A DNA stretch of 20,000 nucleotides, from NCBI GenBank assembly GCA_002256025.1, contig NKIB01012883.1, positions 48,669 to 68,668 of the forward strand, read 5' to 3'. The position numbers were made by a program, and so were the translations under genes. Under the pieces are notes generated by a model. That model worked only from the letters and a program-made list of their open reading frames with translations, was not told where the DNA came from and did not search any database. Positions 10,248 through 18,935 of the stretch are shown piece after piece; position 1 is the first letter of the stretch; each line of letters starts with the position of its first letter. This stretch comes from Asterionella formosa (Eukaryota).

Positions 10248-10640
10248 ACCGGTAATCTCGATCGGGTACTACCTGGTACTGGTACTCGTACTGTACATAG
10301 ATCTATACACATATTTTTTACCGGTATGTACTGGTACTCTGGTCCCTGTACCTGTAGGGTACCGGTAGTCTACCAGGTACCTGGTACCAGTACCTACAAG
10401 TGGGACTTATTATGCGTTTATTTCGAACGCAATCTTTGGGCGTCTGGCCGCTACCCTGTAGAGTATCGCTATAACATATGTGCTGGTATTTTCATTTTCG
10501 AAATCTAAAAAACTTGCCGTTCCGTCGTACATCCAGTACCTGGTACAGAATACGGTTCATAGACGGGAATATAGCAGTATATCTATGTATGTAGTGTGGT
10601 GCTGGATTACCGTACAAGCACCATACCAGGTACCAGGTAC
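10248..10640. repeat. GGTACC(W) palindromic cluster in the orphan-ORF/DDX52 divergent promoter region
   Basis: TACCAGGTACCTGGTA palindrome at 10371-10386; further units across 10264-10395, 10536-10546 and 10624-10640. Confidence 0.88.
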
Positions 10641-10846
10641 AATGAGTAAAAGCAACGACGCACAGCCATCAGTCAATGGGGAAAAACTTTAGCCAGGATA
10701 ACCTTGAACAAATAAAGCAAACTAAAAATGTAAAGCGATTCCTATTTTATTTTGTAAGGAATATTCTTCACATCGACTCTGTCAACAAAAGACCACAAGG
10801 CAATCCTTCTTTACTCTGTCCCCTACTAAGGAAAAACAAGGATACG

Positions 10847-12661
10847 ATGGATGAGCTCTTTAACATGCTCTCGTCGTCGGCTCGACTGGACAAATCCAAG
10901 CGTCCCAAGCGTCAGCGCACATCATTAACTTCTGCCGTTGCCACCGCTTCCACCACAAAAGCACCAGACTCGAACGAAGAAGCCTCTCGAGATAGAACTG
11001 GCAAACGAGACACGTCAGAAGAGAAACAAGAGCAGGTTCATCGTGAAAGTATTGCAGCCTTTCGACGAAGCATGTTCATCAAACTCTCGGCCAATCACGG
11101 TGCCCCAGATCCCATTGCCAGTTTCAAGGAACTAGCTTGCCCGTCGTGGTGGAACAACGATAGCCTGTCATTCACCAACACTTATCGGACGATTTTGAAG
11201 AACATCGAATCGGGTAAATGGAAGGAGCCCACCAGTATTCAGATGCAGGCCATTCCGACGATTATGGCGCGAGAGGACTTTATTGGCTGTGCTCCTACTG
11301 GCTCTGGTAAGAGTGGAGCCTTTATTCTTCCCGCCTTGTTACTGACCAGTGTGAGTGATGTCATTTTCTATGGAACATCTCCTACAGAAACTAGTAATGT
11401 TACGAAGAAGAGCAAAAAGAAGAAAACTGCATCGTCACCACCTTCACAACAAGGCCATGTAAGGTCGGTCCTTTTAGCGCCTTCCCGTGAACTTGCCGCG
11501 CAGCTTCATCGTGAAGTGGAGCGTCTTGGAATTGGTAAGCAAGGTGGGTTGCACTCTTTATTGCTTGAACGATCCAATGCATCCAACGTCATTTCTGGGT
11601 CAGCTGGTGGTAAACGAGGATTAGATGTGCTAGTCTCAACACCACTTCGCCTTGTTGATGCAATTGAAAAAGGTATGTCTTTATCTGGTGTTAGATTGAT
11701 AGTACTAGATGAGGCTGATAGACTCTTGGATGCTACGGATCAAAAGTTTCAAGACGCTCGAGATGCCAAAGAAGGACAGAATAAGGACGAAACAGGAGAT
11801 GACAACGATGAAGATGACACTCCAGCACAGCAATCTGGATCCACCAGAACAAAAACGTTCTTGGCCCAAATGGATGTTATCTTTAATGCTCTTCCCGCCA
11901 CTGCCACCAGAGCTCTATTTTCCGCCACAGTAACGCCCAGTGTACGTGAGTTATCAGAGAGCATTCTCCGCAATCCTGTGGATGTCACCGTTGCTTCAGG
12001 TAAAACTGGTGGTGCAAACACTGACATAGAACAAGAGTTGACCTTTGTTGGAAGAGAAGAAGGCAAACTGCTAGCTATTAGACAATTGGTTGCTCGTGGC
12101 GAGCTAAAACCTCCAGTCATTGTATTTGTGCAATCCCAAGAACGAGCGCAAGCACTCTTTGCAGAGTTGTTATATGATGGCATTCATGTGGATGTAATTC
12201 ATGCCGGTCGATCTCGTTTGGCTCGAGACAATGCTGTCGCCAAGTTTCGCAAGGGTGAAACATGGGTCTTGATATGCACAGATGTCGTATCTCGTGGTGT
12301 TGATTTTCGTGCGGTCAATATGGTGATTAATTATGATTTGCCATCGTCTGGAATTACCTATGTGCACCGCATTGGACGAACTGGCCGTGCAGGACGAAAG
12401 GGAAAAGCAATCACTCTTTTCACTGAAGCTGACTTTGACAATTTGAGAACAATTGCCAATGTTATGAAACAGAGCGGATGTGAAGTGCCAGAGTGGATGT
12501 TAACTCTGAAACAGACAAGGACAAAGAAGGGAGCTCCAGAACGACCAAGAGCTACAATTGATACAACCCCACTCTATGACAAAATTAAGAAAAGGAATCG
12601 AATGCAGAGCATTCAAAAAAGTAAGAAACAAAAGACCGAACATGGAAGTAAACAATCCTAA
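10847..12661 (+). CDS. DDX52: DEAD-box RNA helicase DDX52/Rok1 (rRNA processing), 604 aa
   Basis: Q motif EPTSIQMQAIP; APTGSGKS; APSRELA; DEAD; FSAT; HRIGRTGRAG. Rok1-type blocks IEQELTFVGREEGKLLAIRQL, PPVIVFVQSQERA and IANVMKQSGCEVPEWM. Start placed at MDELFNMLSSSA (ATG 10847). Confidence 0.93.
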   Translation: MDELFNMLSSSARLDKSKRPKRQRTSLTSAVATASTTKAPDSNEEASRDRTGKRDTSEEKQEQVHRESIAAFRRSMFIKLSANHGAPDPIASFKELACPSWWNNDSLSFTNTYRTILKNIESGKWKEPTSIQMQAIPTIMAREDFIGCAPTGSGKSGAFILPALLLTSVSDVIFYGTSPTETSNVTKKSKKKKTASSPPSQQGHVRSVLLAPSRELAAQLHREVERLGIGKQGGLHSLLLERSNASNVISGSAGGKRGLDVLVSTPLRLVDAIEKGMSLSGVRLIVLDEADRLLDATDQKFQDARDAKEGQNKDETGDDNDEDDTPAQQSGSTRTKTFLAQMDVIFNALPATATRALFSATVTPSVRELSESILRNPVDVTVASGKTGGANTDIEQELTFVGREEGKLLAIRQLVARGELKPPVIVFVQSQERAQALFAELLYDGIHVDVIHAGRSRLARDNAVAKFRKGETWVLICTDVVSRGVDFRAVNMVINYDLPSSGITYVHRIGRTGRAGRKGKAITLFTEADFDNLRTIANVMKQSGCEVPEWMLTLKQTRTKKGAPERPRATIDTTPLYDKIKKRNRMQSIQKSKKQKTEHGSKQS

Positions 12662-12719
12662 AGAACAATTGATAAGTTGGACGAAGTTTTTCTGACATGC
12701 CTAGTTCCAATCATGTGAT

Positions 12720-14200
12720 GGCAATTGGATGCTTTATTTATATTTAATTATAGTTATGTTTATACCAGTATGAATTATTTTGTTCTACTGGTAGAAGCAA
12801 CCTGACCAATACAACACACTCTTGGGGCAAAAAACCTGTGCCATCCCTCATCTTCGAAACAAGATTTTTAATTGCGGGATTGATAGCTGACCCTTTGTGC
12901 CTACTCAACGTTCCTTCTATTTAAAAATAACGAATATTGTTGGGGCAAAAACATCCATTTTCGGGGATTTCAGAAACATTACATATGAATTTGCAATTCA
13001 TTAAATACCCTGCACTACTGGCATGATACAAGAGATAAACAAGTTAAAGGGGCGAGCTGCACTAGCTTCAGAATCAACGCAGTAGAATCATGTGCTAACA
13101 AGTCATCTCAAGACTATTTAAGTAGCTAGTTTAATCTTTTGCTGTGGGGTTTAATGCAGCCCTCTCATCTCTATATACATTAACAGATGCTTTAACAGCA
13201 TTCGTCAATCCATCTTTGTCTAATTTCATAATGTTCAAAGTGAAATACTTCAGCAAATGATCAAGGAAGCTGCTTGTTTGTCCAAACAGTTATCATATCC
13301 TTGTTTTGTATGGCTGTGTCAACCAGTGGAGTTGTATGAGATAAATGTGCAACCTGCTACTGCTCCAACGATGTTGATGCTTCAACCTTTCTTGTCTCCT
13401 TATCCTGGCCTCGACTTTCTTCGAAATTGACCTAGCTTGCCGTCTTTGCCCTGTCATTGTCTCCACAAATCTCACCAAGAACAGTCATGCCTTCATTGCA
13501 GAGCTGTTGCTTTATTGACATTTGAAACTTTTTGTAGTCGTTGTCTATATAAATATGCCCCCCCCCGATTCAAGATTTGATACAAAGAAATTCATAAATG
13601 GAGGAAACAAAAATATTGTATAATCCTATGGAATTTCTACACAGGGATGTACCGCAACAATGTCAAATTCAATTGCTGATTGTTGTTGCCAGAAACATTC
13701 ACTAACCCTCTTCTCCATCCTTGAATCTCTGACAGAATACTGCGTTTGAGATGGCATGGGGAGAGTATTTGAATTATATCAATTTCGAGTTATGAAAAGG
13801 AATTTGGGCAGCCATGCAACCAACGATGATGTAACAGCAATAATCAGGTAGGTGCTGGCCAGCAAGCAAGGAAAGGTTTGGAGCCTCCAGGATCTCCTTC
13901 ATTCTTGTAGAAGTGCTATCAAAATAATATTGGAATTTTCACATGGATGATCAACAGGGACAATGAAGAATGGCATCATATTCAACAATTGTTGGCCAAT
14001 CAAATGACAATCAACCTGAAAAACTCACTGGACTGAAGAGCATCTAGCTAGAAGCATTCCAAAAAAGTAGCTCATCTGCCTCAAATTGACGAGCACTTGT
14101 GGGTATTAGATCTCTCTCCATTTTAGCTTTAACAGTTCATCATCTGATGCAGGTTGCCATAATTACATAAAAAACGATGATGGTAGGCTAGTCGAGCTAT
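12720..14200. pseudogene. AT-rich, CpG-poor decayed sequence, probably old transposon remnants
   Basis: About 20 CG in 1.5 kb by hand count; broken reading frames; KKVAHLP at 14061-14081 (+); 12-bp direct repeat TTGGGGCAAAAA at 12822-12833 and 12940-12951. Boundaries approximate. Confidence 0.3.
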
Positions 14201-14237
14201 GCAAGGGGTCTCGATATTTCTACTATGACTGTAATAA

Positions 14238-14842
14238 TATCGAATAATTTTTTTTTTCACAATATAATTTTAAAGTGCATTTAAGCTGTCTGAAATTGCA
14301 CTTGTGCCCATCATAGGACACGAGGGTCCTTCTATCGACTCCTTTTACACTTTTACAAACCCCTGGTCTTCTTCCATATCCTTGTTGCCACGCCAGAGCT
14401 CTATTTCCTATTTCCTCCCTCTGCGTCTGATACCATGCGTTGAAAGCTAAGTCGATTGTTTCTTCTCACTGTCTCTTGTCGATCAAATTATGTCTTCGAA
14501 TCCCCACCTCTACCAGTAATAAAAATAGAGTCCTATCCTCTCCCTGATTTGGTGTGTGTCATATTTCTATCGCTGGCTTTTCTGGTTATCCACCTGTTTG
14601 AGTTGTTTTGTGTGTTGCTCCTCTGCTGAGTTGCCATATAATTCGCTATTGCGGAAAATCCAACTCGCTGTCCCCATATGCCACAAACTTGTAATTAATC
14701 TTTCACTCCACCCATCTGCTTGGGCTATATCGGTGTGTTTTCTTTCTTGGCAATACGCCATACTTGCCAAACTCCAATTTTAAGCACTCGCCCTCGAAAG
14801 GCCTGATGCCATCCAATGTCCATCTGAAAAGTATCGAATAAT
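14238..14842 (-). mobile_element. 5'-truncated non-LTR retrotransposon (LINE) copy with poly(A) tail and 11-bp target-site duplication
   Basis: Direct repeat TATCGAATAAT at 14238-14248 and 14832-14842. T-run at 14248-14257 is poly(A) on the minus strand. Frameshifted minus-strand peptide QMDIGWHQAFRGRV...W...WSERLITSLWHMGTASWIFRNSELYG...EDRTLF matches my recollection of the C-terminal Q-x-x-IGW...W-x-x-RN pattern of diatom (Ambal-like) LINE ORFs. Confidence 0.85.
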
Positions 14843-14976
14843 ATTTTACTACAAATTTAGAAAAAGATGGACGAGCTAAATTGATTTGCATCCTTTATTA
14901 AGAACGAGACTTCTAGTACACGTTCCTAGTAGGGATATACCAGAGCAAAAAATATGATCTGCACCCGAATCCCTGC

Positions 14977-15443
14977 GTACCGGTACTCAGTAAAAAGTAT
15001 TCGTTTGATGGGGGGGTCCAGAATACTGAAGTTGTGGAGTTTCCCTTACCTCCCTGATGTTGCCTTGAGGATTGTTTGTCTATTGCTGCAGCCATGCCAT
15101 AGTTAGTATAGTACCTGGTACCCAGTACCAGGTACCAGTAGAACATCAAACATAGATGGATGGATTCATAGTACCACCTGGTACCTCGTACCTACCAGGT
15201 ACAACGAGCAAGGGGAGCGAAAATCATGATGGCTTTCCGGTTACTCTTCATTCTTTATTATATATGCCAGTATACCGGGCCCTGTATATGTATTGCCTAT
15301 TTATGTGATGTATGATACATACCGGGACCAGGTACCAGGTACCGTACCAGCAAGTTGCTCAAATAAACAATATAGGATAAAGATAGCTAAAGTATTAGTT
15401 TTAGCACAATCATTACCGTACCGCAACTTGCAGGTACCAGGTA
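14977..15443. repeat. GGTACC(W) palindromic cluster upstream of the + strand K+ channel
   Basis: GTACCGGTAC at 14977-14986; arrays at 15111-15140, 15171-15201, 15321-15350 and 15431-15443. Confidence 0.85.
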
Positions 15444-15592
15444 GCACTATGTAATAATAGTCTCCTACGATCAACTCAAATCTGCAACTTGTTTATTTTG
15501 ATGCACTCATTCAGTGTTATGTCGCACTCCAGAACTCAAAGCGATCCAAAAACTTGCGAAAAAAGAAGTCCTCGCACCAGATTTCAATCACA

Positions 15593-16840
15593 ATGATTAT
15601 TCTGAGTGGCATTGTCAAGCTCTCGTCCTATCTGAGAAGGAAAGCATATGATTCTTTAATTCATGTTTCGAGGAGTTTTGGACACGTCGACGAGTTCGAA
15701 TACGAAGAGTCCCATTCTAGCGACAGGTCTTGCCTCCAACGCTCAACCAACGCTAGCATCGATCCAATTATCGATCAAACAACGCATTCTCTGACCAAAG
15801 ATTTCCATGGTTTCGCCTTTCAACATTCTAGTGTCGCCATCAAGCTGTCGATGTTCTACTTCTTCACATTTCTGGTCTTGAACGTTATTTCCTTTAGTTT
15901 CCTCTTTGAGAAATGGCCTATTATCGACAGTCTTTACTTTGCTGTGGTAACTTTTACAACCGTCGGGTACGGAGATCTGGCGCCAAGCACTCAAGGAGGA
16001 CGCCTATTCACGGCTTTAGTCGGCTTGTATGGTATTATTATTTTGGGGATTTTCCTCGGAATCATCGGTCATACTCTTGGGGAAATGCAAAAAAGTGCTG
16101 TGAAAGATATTGAAACCCAGACATCGAGGCGAGTTATGGCCATGTTTAGTGAGCCGGGTGACGACGAGACGGGCTTGCGGGCCAAGCCAACAACTTTGTA
16201 CGAGGAACGAGGAATAATTAGGCATGATGTCCTTGAAGTGTTAAAGTTAGAAGCTCCCATTCTGGTGCTGATTTTCTTGATTTGTCTCCTCATTGGATGG
16301 TGGGAAGGCTGGACTTTCATTGACTCCCTGTATTTCTGTGTTATTTCATTTTCATCCGTTGGATATGGCGACCTATCTCCCCAAAGCAGCGCGATGCGAG
16401 CTTTGCTCGTTTTCTTTCTTCCCCTTGCGGTTGCTGTCTTTGGAGAAACGTTGGTAAGAATTGCCAACCTTTACATTTTACGAAAGTACAAAATAGCTGA
16501 GCACAAATTCTTGACAAGGAGTATTACACTTTGTGACTTGGAAATCATGGACGAAGACCAGAACGGAGAAGTTTCCAAAGAAGAATTTCTGAAATTCATG
16601 TTGTTGACACTGCAAAAAGTGGATAAAGATACATTGGATGAAATCTGTGGAGTCTTTGACGGTCTCGATGTGAGGCAAAAGGGAAGGATAGGAAAAGAGG
16701 ACTTGGTCGCCATCTCCAGAAGGCAACGAAAGAAGGCACTTCATCAACTTGAGCGGGTGACCGCTGAGACGTCACTCATCGAGAATTTCAAGGCTTTCCG
16801 AAGTTCACGGGGACTTTCGGGAAGTGATGGCTGTGTATAG
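15593..16840 (+). CDS. Two-pore-domain K+ channel with C-terminal EF-hands (plant TPK-like architecture), 415 aa, intronless
   Basis: Four TM segments; pore loops DSLYFAVVTFTTVGYGD and DSLYFCVISFSSVGYGD; EF-hand DEDQNGEVSKEE plus a degenerate second loop DVRQKGRIGKED. First ATG is at 15593. Confidence 0.9.
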   Translation: MIILSGIVKLSSYLRRKAYDSLIHVSRSFGHVDEFEYEESHSSDRSCLQRSTNASIDPIIDQTTHSLTKDFHGFAFQHSSVAIKLSMFYFFTFLVLNVISFSFLFEKWPIIDSLYFAVVTFTTVGYGDLAPSTQGGRLFTALVGLYGIIILGIFLGIIGHTLGEMQKSAVKDIETQTSRRVMAMFSEPGDDETGLRAKPTTLYEERGIIRHDVLEVLKLEAPILVLIFLICLLIGWWEGWTFIDSLYFCVISFSSVGYGDLSPQSSAMRALLVFFLPLAVAVFGETLVRIANLYILRKYKIAEHKFLTRSITLCDLEIMDEDQNGEVSKEEFLKFMLLTLQKVDKDTLDEICGVFDGLDVRQKGRIGKEDLVAISRRQRKKALHQLERVTAETSLIENFKAFRSSRGLSGSDGCV

Positions 16841-17358
16841 TAGTTCAATGTATTTCAAAGCCCAATTTGATTTCTTTGATGTTGGTAGGAAGCATTATTT
16901 CGAAATAATTTAGTAGTACATTAGAACAGCTTTGTTTTGGCGGGAGAATCCCAGAGATTTTCACCGAGGAGGTATTTGAAACATTTTAGGGTCTGCAATT
17001 GGTAGAAATAAGAAGTTTACAATAATGCATTGGTGAGGCTATAGGTATCGGCAATATGAATCAAACATTTCTTGTACTTCTCCCACGTTTCGAGAAGCCC
17101 AAAAAAGGATATTACATATTAACTATAATCACACAATCCAACGTTTTGCACCTTTTGATAACAACAACCCAAAACTACACTATACCCTGGTCATTGCACC
17201 TGTTTGCATTTCCACATTGAATATACGACTAAATGGAATCGAATTCGTCGACGCTGACACCAAGAATCCATTGTTTTCCAACTCAGTTCTCGCGATCATT
17301 CCCAAATAATTTGACGAAATTGCATTACTCAATGCTGGTATACGCATTCTTTCTTTTG

Positions 17359-18679
17359 TCACTTGGACCTAAACCACGATTTTGTTTTGTTCCCCACCTA
17401 AAATTGAACGGAGTACAAAGAAAAAATTACAAACAGTCATGAGCAAAAGCAGTCAAACCAGCATAAGAAATAGTGATTCCATGTCTCTCACCTGCTTAAC
17501 TAGATCCGCTTTATCAAGCGAGTTACTCTTGTCTCTGTCAAGCTTGTCGAAGATTTCTCGAATTTGGTCAATGTCTGCTTTCTCGATTTTCTGCATGGCA
17601 ACAAGCATGAAGGCCGCGAATTCTCCCCTACATGTGATAAAACACTACAGTAAGTGACGCGAATAAAGAAAAATTCCATAAATCTCCTCCCTCAAATGTA
17701 GTGCGACTTACCACGTCACCTTTCCGTCCTTATTCAAGTCCATACGTTCAATGTCGGTAAGTGTCAATTGTCGGTTCAAAAATGCTTTTTCGGCAATCGC
17801 CGTCTGGCGCGCCATGTAAGCTCCAGCTATTCTCCCTAAAACTTCGCAAAAGACTGATACAGCAATAGGTGTAAATACTATCGCTACCATTCTCATTTCG
17901 TTTGATTGAGGACTAACATCACCATATCCAACTGTCGACGAGGTAATGACCCCGTAGTAAATGGATGAAATCACTGACCATCCTTCGTAGTGGCCAATGC
18001 CGAGCGAGATAAGGGCAATCAAAATAACGATTGGAGCTTCCAAAACAATAATATCTCTCATCGTTTCAAAAAGAGACTTTTCATTCGGTCTGAGTAGCGT
18101 TGGTGTCTCGTCATGAGGTTCATCTCCAAACATTTGCAACACTCGTTCTTGCGCTTTTGCCTTGGCTGCTTCAACATAAGCATTGTGCTTTTCCACAATA
18201 GTCTGTCCAACCAGTCCTACCAGCAATCCAAGAATGACCACTCCATATAGTGCAAAGACGCACGTGAATGCTCTACTGCTGTCATTAGAGGGGTATGGAT
18301 CACCATAGCCAACTGTGGTAAAAGTGACGCAGGCAAAGTAAATGCTGTCCACCACGGGCCACTGTTCAAATACAAATGAATATGCCACGACCGCGACAAG
18401 GAAGTACATGGCAAGATTGAGGGCACACATGATATACATGGATTTAGAATGCATAAAGTCTGTAAAGTCCTGTGTCAAGGTGGGCGTGCCCCGTCCAGGG
18501 ATGGTCCGATAGTCTCGTGACACTTGCAGAGGTGTTTCCTCTGAGGAGCAATTCGTGTCATCCAGCATGGGGAGCGGCTCTCGCGTGCGAAATGATGCGG
18601 CATTTCTTCGTCGTATACTTTTGATGCAATGATCAAAAGGCACAGTCACGATTCTGATGAAGAATCCGGAAAGCGACAT
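17359..18679 (-). CDS. Two-pore-domain K+ channel with EF-hands (TPK-like), spliced. Exons 18679-17712, 17627-17492, 17397-17359; about 380 aa
   Basis: Pores TFTTVGYGD and TSSTVGYGD. Removing intron 17711-17628 restores DLNKDGKVTWGEFAAFMLVAMQKIEKADIDQIREIFDKLDRDKSNSLDKADL, collinear with the + strand paralog. The last exon is less certain. Confidence 0.88.
17398..17491 (-). other. Probable intron 2 of the minus-strand K+ channel (94 nt, phase 0)
   Basis: Donor CAG|GTGAGA, T-rich interior, acceptor TTTTAG|G. Splicing gives the tail VGNKTKSWFRSK*. Confidence 0.6.
17628..17711 (-). other. Spliceosomal intron 1 of the minus-strand K+ channel (84 nt, phase 2)
   Basis: Donor TG|GTAAGT and acceptor TAG|G. 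Splicing removes an in-frame TAA and completes EF-hand 1. Confidence 0.88.
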
Positions 18680-18902
18680 TTGGCTGGGCTCTGCGGATTG
18701 GCTGGTTCTCCTTTTCTGTTCAATGGATTGCTTCGTTTCCTTGTTGTTTTAGTTGTAATTTTGGTTCACAATTGTTCGGTGATTCAGAGAAGTAATAATA
18801 AGGAAGGATGTGGCCTAAACGTGGTGTGCGGTGTGCGAGGTAACAAGAACACAATTACCGCTATTTCATGTCATTGGCAATGATGAGTAGACATGATCAG
18901 AT

Positions 18903-18935
18903 TACCTGGTAACCAGGTACCTGGTACCTGGTACC
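18903..18935. repeat. GGTACC(W) tandem array upstream of the minus-strand K+ channel
   Basis: TACCTGGTAACCAGGTACCTGGTACCTGGTACC, about 225 bp upstream of ATG 18679. Confidence 0.88.

Noticed and set aside
10114..10846. Short ORFs 10114-10368, 10326-10508, 10480-10692 and the DDX52 extension to 10676
   Set aside because: Repeat-derived or UTR-like. Rok1-like sequence begins plausibly at ATG 10847.
12783..12796. Small hairpin TTCTACTGGTAGAA, considered as a Helitron end or terminator
   Set aside because: Only a 6-bp stem, no suitably placed CTRR end, and intrinsic terminators are not expected in this context.
409..18679. Treating the gene set as a functional cluster (endomembrane theme: VPS53, nicastrin, TPK-like channels)
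   Set aside because: Mixed orientations and unrelated neighbours; nothing beyond ordinary eukaryotic gene order.
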